This document shows positions 9,862 to 20,345 of a stretch of DNA of 64,000 bases, piece after piece. The notes under the pieces were generated by a model. It saw only the letters and a program-made list of their open reading frames with translations, searched no databases and was not told the origin of the DNA. Numbering within the stretch: the stretch's first letter is position 1; each line of letters begins with the position of its first letter. Origin of the DNA: Patescibacteria group bacterium (GTDB lineage: Bacteria > Patescibacteriota > Minisyncoccia > Minisyncoccales > UBA10102); NCBI GenBank assembly GCA_022563395.1, contig JADFNM010000001.1:19891-83890 (forward strand). The letters are read 5' to 3'. A program made the translations under genes and the position numbers.

Positions 9862-10539
9862 ATGGTTCTCAATTTGTACGAGGTTACTATCACCGGCCTC
9901 CTGGATTTGTGGCAAGGATTCATTGGCTTTTTGCCGGCTTTGGTAGGAGCCTTGGTAATCTTTAGCATTGGATGGTTCATTTCAGTTGGAGTGGGCCGCT
10001 TGGTAACTGACATTTTAAAGAGAATTAAATTCAATCAGGTTTTTGAGCGGGGGAATTGGAAGCACGCCTTAGAAAAGGCGGACATGAAGGTGGATCCTGC
10101 AGGATTCATCGGCAGCATCTTCAAGTGGGTGTTAGTTATCGTATTCCTCTTGGCCGCAGTTGAGGTCCTTGGATTGAATCAGCTGGCTGTTTTCATTACG
10201 AGTGTTCTGGCATATTTGCCTAATGTTTTGGTTGCTTCGTTGATTTTCGTGGTAGCCGTGATTATCGCAGATATTGCAGGGAAAGTGTTGAGGGCAGCCG
10301 TAGAATCCACCCAGATCGGGTACGGGCATCTGGTTGGCGTGATTGTGCGATGGTCCATCTGGGTCTTTGCGATCGTGGCAATCCTGCAACAACTTGACAT
10401 CGCAGCCGGGTTTTCTCAGGATGTCGTACGCGCTATCCTCGCGTTCCTGGTCATTACCGGAGGTTTGGCCTTTGGCTTGGGAGGAAGGGAAGTAGCAACT
10501 CAGTTGCTGCAGGACCTGAACCGAAAACTGAGAGGGTAA
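9862..10539 (+). CDS. conserved TM-helix-repeat membrane protein (MscS-associated type)
   Basis: 225 aa, polytopic, with the repeated hydrophobic pattern of the TM_helix family. Confidence 0.6.
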   Translation: MVLNLYEVTITGLLDLWQGFIGFLPALVGALVIFSIGWFISVGVGRLVTDILKRIKFNQVFERGNWKHALEKADMKVDPAGFIGSIFKWVLVIVFLLAAVEVLGLNQLAVFITSVLAYLPNVLVASLIFVVAVIIADIAGKVLRAAVESTQIGYGHLVGVIVRWSIWVFAIVAILQQLDIAAGFSQDVVRAILAFLVITGGLAFGLGGREVATQLLQDLNRKLRG

Positions 10540-10561
10540 AAACTCAACTGCTTGAGTTTTT
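10538..10561 (+). terminator. hairpin with T-tract after the TM-helix gene
   Basis: AAAAACTCAA CTGC TTGAGTTTTT. Its 22-nt core is repeated verbatim at 13936-13957. Confidence 0.7.
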
Positions 10562-10577
10562 ATATCCTGAATTTGAA

Positions 10578-10607
10578 CCACCCCGCCTCCTCGGCGGGGT
10601 GGTTTTT
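10578..10607 (+). terminator. second intrinsic terminator
   Basis: CCACCCCGCC TCCTC GGCGGGGTGG followed by TTTTT. Confidence 0.8.
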
Positions 10608-10695
10608 ATTGATCTCAAGTATTTCTTGGCAAAACCAAGGAATCCTTAATTTCATTTAGGAGATATGCGGGTTTTCAAAGGAGCGGGGTCTTTTC

Positions 10696-10724
10696 TTGAC
10701 ATTCTATCTTGGCTCAGCTATACT
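10696..10724 (+). promoter_or_regulatory. consensus sigma70-type promoter for 23S-5S
   Basis: TTGACA (10696-10701), a 17-nt spacer, then TATACT (10719-10724). A boxA-like CTCTTTTAAGA follows. Confidence 0.7.
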
Positions 10725-10884
10725 CTTTTAAGACATGAGAAATACGCAAAAACATTGCAAACTACAAAGCGGCTGGCAAACCTGATGGGTTTTTGTGTCA
10801 GTTATGAAGCCGCTTTAAAAAGCGGTTTTTCGTTGCTCGTGTCAGTACGTTAATAATTGAATAATGGGTATAATCTGCTAGCAA

Positions 10885-13889
<3,005 letters not shown>

Positions 13890-14033
13890 CTTGCAGATTA
13901 TGCCCATTATTTTTAAAAGAACGTTCAAGTGGGCCAAAACTCAACTGCTTGAGTTTTGGCGGGAGGCCCACTTTAGTTGCCATGTGCGAAAGCACGGCAT
14001 ACCGAGGGTCTCCCCGGTACATTAAATTAGCGA

Positions 14034-14154
14034 GTGCAAAAGTGGGGATTATACTGCGGTTGTCCCACCTGTTCCCATACCGAACACAGAAGTGAAATAC
14101 CGCAAGGCCGATGATAGTGCTCTGCGCGAAAGTAGGTAGTCCCCACTTTTGCAC
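14034..14154 (+). rRNA. rrf: 5S rRNA
   Basis: CCCACCTGTTCCCATACCGAACACAGAAGTGAAA core. Helix I: GTGCAAAAGTGGGGA pairs with TCCCCACTTTTGCAC. Confidence 0.9.
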
Positions 14155-14181
14155 TTCTCATAACGCTCGGAAGACAAGCAG

Positions 14182-14388
14182 TTGGCTTCAACCCTGAGCG
14201 TTTTTTTGTTTGTCAGTTTGTTTGGGGTCCCCGAATACTATCCTCATGTTTTCATTTGGTTAAACCTTTCTCAGTCAGCTTTGAGGCCGGAGATCGCCGG
14301 ATTTGCAATGGCATTTAGTTCTGTTTCGGTAGTGCTGAACTCTTTGCTCTTGCGTTTATATAAAAAGCCCAAGTTCGCAAGAGTATGA
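14182..14388 (+). pseudogene. copA: C-terminal remnant of a copper/heavy-metal P1B-type ATPase
   Basis: Only the last ~68 codons remain. ...PEIAGFAMAFSSVSVVLNSLLLRLYKK matches the final TM segment of CopA-type ATPases. It has no ATG (TTG) and starts 28 nt after 5S. Confidence 0.7.
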
Positions 14389-14430
14389 AGAGATGGTATA
14401 ATACGAATATATAAAATTTATATTACTATT

Positions 14431-14649
14431 ATGACCAAAAAAGTTCAATTTTCTATAGAAGGCATGCATTGCGGTTCATGTGCTGCAGGAATTAAAATGG
14501 TCTTGGACAATACAGGCGGAGTCTTAAACGCTACTGCAGACTGGGACAGCAAAAGTGGTGGGGTGGAGTATGATGATGAAAAAATCAAACTGGAGGATAT
14601 TTTGAAGGTGATTGAGGAGCTTGGATATAAAGCAACTCCCAAAAGTTAA
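14431..14649 (+). CDS. heavy-metal-associated (HMA) domain protein, CopZ-like
   Basis: GMHCGSCAAGI (the GMxCxxC motif) in 72 aa. Confidence 0.85.
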   Translation: MTKKVQFSIEGMHCGSCAAGIKMVLDNTGGVLNATADWDSKSGGVEYDDEKIKLEDILKVIEELGYKATPKS

Positions 14650-14685
14650 TAATATGGATTTTCTTTAGAAAGAAATAGCTATATT

Positions 14686-15849
14686 ATGAGTGATGAAATT
14701 CTTCAGGAGCAGAGGAATGAATTAAACAATGAAGAAGTGCCACAAAAAAAAGGTATAGGGCGCTTTATTTTTGCCTTTTTCACGTTCTCCCTTCTTGCTG
14801 TTGTCGCAGGAGGACTTTTTTGGATTTTTGCGTTAAGCCCGAGTTCCCCTGTAGGGTTTGGATGGTATCTTTTTGCGTTTGCTGCGGGGCTCTCTATGAT
14901 TGTTTTGCCCTGCACTCTACCATTGGCATTTGTCATTGTTCCTTTGGTGATGGGAAAAAGTTATGCAAAAGGGTTAGCTACCGCATTAAGTTTTAGTATT
15001 GGGGTCGTGATAACCCTTAGTATGTATGGCATACTTGCCGCCCTACTGGGCAAGGCAGTGTTTGGTTTTTCTGGTGGAAGTGGGGAGATGATTAAAAATG
15101 TTTTCTATGCTCTTGCGGGAATCTTTGCAATTACTTTTGCTCTTGGAGAGCTCGGATTTTTAAAGGTGAGAATACCAAGTTATTCGGGGGCAGTACCCGG
15201 ATTTATTCAGAAACGTAAAGATATATTAAAGCCACTGCTTCTCGGACTATTTTTGGGCAATATTGGTGTTGGTTGTCCCCACCCCGCAACCCCTATGATT
15301 TTAGGGCAAATTGGCATTATAGGAGACGTGTTCTACGGCTGGCTTTTGTTCTTTGTTCATGCCATTGGAAGGGTAATTCCACTTTTGGTTTTCGCAATGT
15401 TTGGAATAATTGGAATTAATGCGACAAAAGCATTGGTTCGTCATAGAGTAACTATCGCAAAAACAACTGCGTGGGGAATGGTATTTGTTGGTGGTTTTCT
15501 CTTTACTCTCGGGTTTTTCGGCCATAATTGGTGGGTGTATTCGGGGCAGCATACTCTCTTTGAAGAAGTGGTGCAGGAGGAGAGGTTTACAGATATTTTA
15601 TCGCAAAGACTTAAAATAGCTCCTCCCCACAGGCACGGTCCAGAGGAGTTAGAGGGGAAAGCAGGTATGTTTGGAGCACCTCTTTGGCTCGGGAACTGGG
15701 TTTTAGTGGCCTTGTGGGTCTTGCCCATGTGGTGGTATTGGTTTAGATCGGGGCGCAGAAGAAAAATGGGAGTATTTTTTGTGGTGATTACTATTTTGTT
15801 AGGTTTAATCTTTATTCGCATCTTGCCTAATTGGTTTTTTGGCTTATGA
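14686..15849 (+). CDS. DsbD/CcdA-superfamily thiol-disulfide transporter-like membrane protein
   Basis: Polytopic. Cys-Pro motifs in TM helices (VLPCTLPLAF, GVGCPHPATP) resemble the CcdA/DsbD core. It has an extra C-terminal TM extension. Confidence 0.6.
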   Translation: MSDEILQEQRNELNNEEVPQKKGIGRFIFAFFTFSLLAVVAGGLFWIFALSPSSPVGFGWYLFAFAAGLSMIVLPCTLPLAFVIVPLVMGKSYAKGLATALSFSIGVVITLSMYGILAALLGKAVFGFSGGSGEMIKNVFYALAGIFAITFALGELGFLKVRIPSYSGAVPGFIQKRKDILKPLLLGLFLGNIGVGCPHPATPMILGQIGIIGDVFYGWLLFFVHAIGRVIPLLVFAMFGIIGINATKALVRHRVTIAKTTAWGMVFVGGFLFTLGFFGHNWWVYSGQHTLFEEVVQEERFTDILSQRLKIAPPHRHGPEELEGKAGMFGAPLWLGNWVLVALWVLPMWWYWFRSGRRRKMGVFFVVITILLGLIFIRILPNWFFGL

Positions 15850-15865
15850 TAAATATTCAATTCCC

Positions 15866-16129
15866 ATGAGCAAAGTAATAATTCAAGAGGTTACCTCTTC
15901 TGGGTGCAGTCATTGTGCCGTTACAAAAGAAGTATTAGAAAACGAAATTAAACCGCAATTTCCCGATGTAGAGGTTGAATATATTGATATGATGACCGAG
16001 CAAGGCCAGAAAATGGTGCAGGACTACGGCATTATGTCCTCACCCGGGGTTATTGTGAATGGAGAGTTATTCTCGATGGGCGGCCTTGATAAAAACAAGC
16101 TCATCGAGAAAATTAAATCCCTCAACTGA
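15866..16129 (+). CDS. thioredoxin-fold protein (glutaredoxin-like, CxxC)
   Basis: SGCSHCAVTKEV near the N-terminus and ...SPGVIVNGELF match the small redox-active disulfide protein pattern. The start is taken at MSKVII. Confidence 0.7.
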   Translation: MSKVIIQEVTSSGCSHCAVTKEVLENEIKPQFPDVEVEYIDMMTEQGQKMVQDYGIMSSPGVIVNGELFSMGGLDKNKLIEKIKSLN

Positions 16130-16230
16130 CTTAATAAGCCAAATCAGGGATATAAACCTCTTGTGCTTCTATAATCTTGGTTCTAACGTTGTCCGACAGG
16201 GGGGGGAGCCATTCTTGAAAATTCAATACT

Positions 16231-16253
16231 GCCTAAACGAAACTTAAGCAAAC
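16231..16253 (+). repeat. diverged half-site of the CTAAACGAGATTTAAGCA arm
   Basis: GCCTAAACGAAACTTAAGCAAAC. Confidence 0.6.
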
Positions 16254-16270
16254 TCACCCAAAGCAAGTAG

Positions 16271-16352
16271 TTCCTTAATTTCATTAAGGAGATAATCAAT
16301 AGAATCAATCATGCTTAAATGAGATTTAAGCAGCATGGAGAGAAAGAATCGC
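16271..16352 (+). repeat. three-hairpin intergenic cassette, copy 1 (terminator module replaced)
   Basis: TTCCTTAATTTCATTAAGGAGATAATCAATAGAATCA...CATGCTTAAATGAGATTTAAGCAGCATGGAGAGAAAGAATCGC aligns with the copies at 39012, 40705 and 44318. Confidence 0.85.
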
Positions 16353-16387
16353 AGAGCTAAGCTCAGCTTTGCATGCGGAGCCTGGTA

Positions 16388-16416
16388 TTGACATTCTAGA
16401 CTCCATATGGTAGTAT
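16388..16416 (+). promoter_or_regulatory. promoter of csp (TTGACA-17-TAGTAT)
   Basis: A consensus -35 and a good -10. It leaves a 5' UTR of about 95 nt, as is usual for cold-shock genes. Confidence 0.65.
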
Positions 16417-16515
16417 TATTTTGTTTAAATCAAAGCTGCAAGAGAAACAGAGTCGAGTTTTAGTCTTCAGCATTCTGTATTTAAGCGTCTAATTAAGCTA
16501 TTTCTTTTTACAGCA

Positions 16516-16743
16516 ATGCCAGAAGGAACTATTGCTCGATTGACTGACCGAGGATTTGGATTCATTAGTGTTGAGGGAGAGGAAAAAGATCTTTTTTTCC
16601 ACTCCAACGAACTCAAGAATGTAGAGTTCAAAGATCTTCGGGAAGGAGATAAAGTAACGTTTGAGATAGGAGAAAGTCCAAAGGGACCTAACGCCACCAA
16701 CGTTAACCGAGTTGAAGCTGAAGCTCAAGCTGAAGCTGCATAA
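16516..16743 (+). CDS. cspA: cold-shock domain protein
   Basis: GFGFI (RNP1) and DLFFH (RNP2-like) motifs. 75 aa with an EAEAQAEAA tail. Confidence 0.9.
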   Translation: MPEGTIARLTDRGFGFISVEGEEKDLFFHSNELKNVEFKDLREGDKVTFEIGESPKGPNATNVNRVEAEAQAEAA

Positions 16744-16753
16744 CAAAACAAAA

Positions 16754-16779
16754 GCACCCCCAATATTGGGGGTGCTTTT
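16754..16779. terminator. bidirectional intrinsic terminator
   Basis: GCACCCCC AATATT GGGGGTGC flanked by an A-run and a T-run. Confidence 0.85.
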
Positions 16780-16824
16780 GTGTCTAAGCTTTCAATCGTC
16801 AAGAAGGCGGTTTTTTTGGTATAG

Positions 16825-16962
16825 TTAATTACTACATAGACTACAATCTATCGCTACATCACCGGAAAGCTCGTAGCCTACTTGTTGCATGAACAGAAAA
16901 GTAGCAGCCGCACTCATAACTATAAGAACTATAACTATACTCATTGGTATTTTTGCGCCCAT
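16825..16962 (-). CDS. possible 45-aa hydrophobic peptide (below the ORF-track cutoff)
   Basis: Hand translation: MGAKIPMSIVIVLIVMSAAATFLFMQQVGYELSGDVAIDCSLCSN. It has one TM helix and lies in an otherwise empty 530-nt gap. Confidence 0.3.
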   Translation of the reverse strand: MGAKIPMSIVIVLIVMSAAATFLFMQQVGYELSGDVAIDCSLCSN

Positions 16963-16983
16963 GGTTTGTTGTTTGTTTTAACC

Positions 16984-17106
16984 TTATTTAAGAATCTTTC
17001 GACCCTCTTTATTATCAATTCTAGACTCCTCGCCGATTTTAATGGTTATTATATTTACTCGGATTTTGTCGGCTAGTTCTTGGGTGGTATAAAACTCTTT
17101 GTTCAC
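16984..17106 (-). CDS. possible 40-aa HTH-like mini-ORF (GTG start)
   Basis: Hand translation: (M)NKEFYTTQELADKIRVNIITIKIGEESRIDNKEGRKILK. It loosely resembles excisionase/MerR-type HTH N-termini. A TATAAT lies 8 nt upstream on the minus strand. Confidence 0.2.
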   Translation of the reverse strand: MNKEFYTTQELADKIRVNIITIKIGEESRIDNKEGRKILK

Positions 17107-17203
17107 GTTCTTTTATTATACTTTACAATGGCTTGCAAAGTAAAGAGTCTGTTTTGCACAGAACAGGTTCTAACATCGTCTTGTAGGAGGGAACCGTTTA
17201 CTG

Positions 17204-17259
17204 CCTAAGCGAGACTTAGGAAGTATGGCTAAAGAGAATCGCCAAGAAGGCGGTTTTTT
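17204..17259 (+). repeat. partial cassette (palindrome plus terminator module)
   Basis: CCTAAGCGAGACTTAGG...GAGAATCGCCAAGAAGGCGGTTTTTT. The terminator module is also present at 16790-16817. Confidence 0.7.
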
Positions 17260-17273
17260 GGTAATATATATGC

Positions 17274-18017
17274 ATGGATCCATTTTTTCTTACGCTGCTT
17301 GCAACCTTTGGCATTGCTGCGCTTGCGCTTTCAGGGAGTTTTCTCTTGTTTGTAAAGGACCATTTCTTAAAGCGTATTTCGTTGTATCTTCTTGCTATGG
17401 CAGCCGGTGCCTTGCTGGGAACCGCATTCTTGCATATTCTTCCCGAAGTAGTAGATAAGGGAGTTCCGGAGCAGGGATTCTTGATTCTGCTTGGCGGATT
17501 TCTCTTTTTCTACATTGGTGAAAAGCTTCTCCATTTGCACCATGGGCCCCAAGGAGCAGACGAGCACAGTCCTCGTGTTCTGGGTGTGCTGAGCCTTTCG
17601 GCTGATGCCGTGCACAACTTTGTTGACGGTATTATCTTGGCCGTGGCCTTTTTGGTGGATGTAAGGCTTGGCATGGTGACGGCAGCTGCCGTTGCTCTGC
17701 ATGAGATACCCCAAGAGATAGCCGAATTCGGGGTGCTCTTGTATGCCGGGTTCTCAAAGCGGCGGGCTCTATTCTTAAACTTTCTTTCTGCAACAACCGT
17801 TATCCTTGGAGGAGTTGTGGGATTTTTATTCCAAGAAACTTTCATCTCCTTTATTCCTTTTGTGCTGCTGTTTGCGGCAGGAAGCTTTTTATACATTGGA
17901 GCTTCAGACTTTGTGCCGGAGTTTAAGAAAGAGCGCAATCCAAAGAGAGCTCTTGCTCTTTCTTTCACCTTCTTTTCTGGAATCTTTTTAATGTGGATAT
18001 TTACCTTTGTGGAGTAA
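17274..18017 (+). CDS. zupT: ZIP-family divalent metal transporter (ZupT-like)
   Basis: HNFVDGIILA and ALHEIPQEIAEFGVL motifs. TAATAT at 17263-17268 lies 5 nt before the ATG, which is leaderless geometry. Confidence 0.88.
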   Translation: MDPFFLTLLATFGIAALALSGSFLLFVKDHFLKRISLYLLAMAAGALLGTAFLHILPEVVDKGVPEQGFLILLGGFLFFYIGEKLLHLHHGPQGADEHSPRVLGVLSLSADAVHNFVDGIILAVAFLVDVRLGMVTAAAVALHEIPQEIAEFGVLLYAGFSKRRALFLNFLSATTVILGGVVGFLFQETFISFIPFVLLFAAGSFLYIGASDFVPEFKKERNPKRALALSFTFFSGIFLMWIFTFVE

Positions 18018-18260
18018 AAAAAGGCCAAAACTAGATTGCTTTTATATGAACCAAAAGTCGCCTTCGGGCGATTTTCTGTTAGAACAAACAAGAGGACGGC
18101 ATAGAAGAGGAGATTGACTGGATGATCCTGGCCGGGTTTGTGCGGAGTGGAGCTGTGGAAAACCGCTCTTGAGGTGCTTTTTTGTTTCCCAGGGTTTGTG
18201 GTAGCATACAAGAAGAAAGGGCGAAGCTACATAAAGTATAATTTTAACAGACACGTTCGT

Positions 18261-18743
18261 ATGAACAAAATAATTCTTGTGACAGGGGCCATTCTTGTTC
18301 TTGGGGGGGCGCTGTTCCTCTGGCAGATAGGGCTTCCCGGGTACACGGGCAGCGTTCCTTATGTAGAGGAGGTAGAGGAGGCAAGCATCTTTGAGAGGAT
18401 TCTTTCTGGGAACGGCACGCAGAAAGCCGTGCTTGAGCCGGTTGACGAGAGCAACAGCCGGGGGTTGGGGTACCGCTTCGTTCAGGACGGCACGATGCTC
18501 CACGCGGTTGCAGCGAGAATGGAAGACCCCTTGGAGGGAACCGTGTACGAGGGCTGGCTGGTGCAGCCCGAACCCCTCCGGTTTTTCTCCACGGGAGTCC
18601 TGGAGAAGAACGAGCAGGGAGAATGGGTGCTGGAGTTTGAGTCCCAGGAGGAGTACCCTTCCTACACGCGCGTCATGATTACGCGAGAGTTCATGGTGGA
18701 CGAGACCCCGGAGGCGCACATCCTGGAAGGAGACCTCTTTTAG
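18261..18743 (+). CDS. hypothetical membrane-anchored exported protein (GC-rich gene)
   Basis: The start is taken at MNKIILVTGAILVLGG, with TATAAT at 18237-18242. No firm family. It is visibly more GC-rich than its neighbours. Confidence 0.55.
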   Translation: MNKIILVTGAILVLGGALFLWQIGLPGYTGSVPYVEEVEEASIFERILSGNGTQKAVLEPVDESNSRGLGYRFVQDGTMLHAVAARMEDPLEGTVYEGWLVQPEPLRFFSTGVLEKNEQGEWVLEFESQEEYPSYTRVMITREFMVDETPEAHILEGDLF

Positions 18744-18760
18744 GAGGCCCCATTCTTCTC

Positions 18761-18789
18761 TTGACGCGAAAGAGGGAGCATGCTATACT
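18761..18789 (+). promoter_or_regulatory. promoter (TTGACG-17-TATACT) with a 5' UTR of about 140 nt
   Basis: Near-consensus boxes. The next plausible ORF starts at 18937. Confidence 0.6.
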
Positions 18790-18936
18790 CATTGTTGTAC
18801 TAGAGTCGGAGTACAGTTTCCACCCCACGAAGATTATGTGGGTTGGTAGTAGAAGTCACATCAAGATTCTTTTGAAATCAAGTTGTACTTCGAAAATAGA
18901 GTGGAACAAGAAAACCAAGGAAGGTTTCAGAGACCT

Positions 18937-19083
18937 ATGGTAGAAGGAAACTGGACTTGTGCCGATTGCGGCACAGCCATTACCCAGCTTCCTTTCCAAC
19001 CTCGTGCTGGAACGGAGAACAATGTTCGCTGCACTGATTGCTGGCGAAAGAATCGTCCTCCTCGAAGAGACTTCCAGAATTAA
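18937..19083 (+). CDS. small CxxC...CxxC zinc-ribbon protein (CxxC-x17-CxxC-like family)
   Basis: MVEGNWTCADCGTAITQLPFQPRAGTENNVRCTDCWRKNRPPRR. The W-C-x2-C...LPF-P...C-x2-C pattern with a basic tail fits the family. Confidence 0.6.
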   Translation: MVEGNWTCADCGTAITQLPFQPRAGTENNVRCTDCWRKNRPPRRDFQN

Positions 19084-19091
19084 AACCACAG

Positions 19092-19117
19092 CCCTGCACC
19101 ATACGGTGCAGGGTTTT
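19092..19117 (+). terminator. intrinsic terminator
   Basis: CCCTGCACC ATAC GGTGCAGGG followed by TTTT. Confidence 0.85.
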
Positions 19118-19243
19118 GGTTTACCTTTTCTTTATATGTTTGTCTGGGGAAAACTTTTTTGCCTTGATTCTTTGCTCTATGGTATGGTGGTGAAACGATA
19201 TCACGTGGTGTACTCAAAGAAAAGCTGGAAAGAAGGGAGTACC

Positions 19244-19495
19244 ATGCCAGAAGTGCAAGAGTTGTGGCACGAATGCGTGCGGTGTGGGAGCATCTTTGAT
19301 GCAGATACTCCCGCCTGTCCTCCGTGCGGAGCGGAAGAGCCACGAGAGCTGGACCTTACGCTCAGGGAAGTTCTGGAACATGTTGATCCAACCAAGGTTT
19401 GGACCAAGACCCCCAAGAGGTTCTACGAACTTCTCGAGGAAAGAAAGCAAGTCCTTGCTCAAAGAGAGCTGGATGCCCAAGCTGTGTCGGTGTAG
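19244..19495 (+). CDS. hypothetical small zinc-ribbon protein
   Basis: MPEVQELWHECVRCGSIFDADTPACPPCGAEEP... carries CxxC...CxxC. The start choice is uncertain, since the ORF is open from 18959. Confidence 0.45.
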   Translation: MPEVQELWHECVRCGSIFDADTPACPPCGAEEPRELDLTLREVLEHVDPTKVWTKTPKRFYELLEERKQVLAQRELDAQAVSV

Positions 19496-19540
19496 CTGAC
19501 ACAGCTTTTCTCTTTGTCGTGAGTGTGATACGAAAGTGGT

Positions 19541-20302
19541 ATGAACCAAAGGAGATTTTTCAAGGAAGCAAGATGGTTGCTTCAAGAAAAGTATCAAAGC
19601 AAACTTACAAAAGCTGCAAAAAAAGATATTGCACGACTCAAAGCAGGGGAGCCGGTGGATTACCTTATTGGATTTGTAGAGTTTGCGGATTGCCGCATTG
19701 ATCTTTCCTTAAAACCTCTCATTCCTCGCCCGGAAACAGAGCATTGGACCCAAAAAGCCATACAAGATATCCGCATGTCTCCTAAACGAAATTTAAGCAC
19801 TCACTGTTTAGATGTATTTTCCGGATCAGGATGTATTGGCATTGCAGTTTTAAAGCACATTCCCCATGTTTGTGTTGACTTTGCAGAAAACGAGAAAAAG
19901 TTTTTACAGCAAATTCATCTTAATCTTAAAAAGAACAGAATTTCAAAGAAGCGCTTTCGAGTATTTCAGTCAAATATCTTTTCTGAAGTATCTTTGCGGT
20001 ATGACTACATTTTTGCCAACCCACCATATGTCGCAAAATCAAAGAAACATAGTGTACATGCATCAGTTCTTAGGCACGAACCTCGTGAAGCTTTGTTTGC
20101 GGGGAAAGATGGGCTTTTGTACATCAGAAGGTTTTTGAAAGAAGCAAAAACACATCTCAAACCAAAGGGATCAATATACCTGGAGTTTGACTCTCCTCAG
20201 AAAAAAGAGATAGACAAACTTCTCCAGCGGTTTGACTATAGTTCTTGGCAATTCCATAAAGACCAATACGGGAAATGGCGTTTTGTCGTTGTGGAAAACT
20301 AA
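19541..20302 (+). CDS. prmC: release-factor glutamine N5-methyltransferase
   Basis: FANPPY (NPPY motif), VFSGSGCIGIA (SAM motif) and EPREAL. Confidence 0.85.
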   Translation: MNQRRFFKEARWLLQEKYQSKLTKAAKKDIARLKAGEPVDYLIGFVEFADCRIDLSLKPLIPRPETEHWTQKAIQDIRMSPKRNLSTHCLDVFSGSGCIGIAVLKHIPHVCVDFAENEKKFLQQIHLNLKKNRISKKRFRVFQSNIFSEVSLRYDYIFANPPYVAKSKKHSVHASVLRHEPREALFAGKDGLLYIRRFLKEAKTHLKPKGSIYLEFDSPQKKEIDKLLQRFDYSSWQFHKDQYGKWRFVVVEN

Positions 20303-20345
20303 ATCTCGTTTAGTTATCCACACCTAAACGAGATTTAAGCAGACG
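20299..20345 (-). repeat. DnaA-box-loop palindromic element (inverted orientation)
   Basis: CTAAATCTCGTTTAG TTATCCACAC CTAAACGAGATTTAAGCAGAC has a 14-bp perfect stem. TTATCCACA lies at 20314-20322. Confidence 0.9.

Noticed and set aside
10665-10853. A 62-aa ORF between the terminators and 23S.
   Set aside because: It overlaps the consensus 23S promoter and leader hairpins, and part of it is a repeated promoter module also seen at 53960-54012.
17510-18719. Long minus-strand ORFs at 17510-18211 (233 aa) and 18042-18719 (225 aa).
   Set aside because: They are antisense to a clear ZIP transporter and to the GC-rich gene. Their composition is low-complexity and Arg/Pro/Ser-rich, which is typical of antisense frames of GC-rich DNA.
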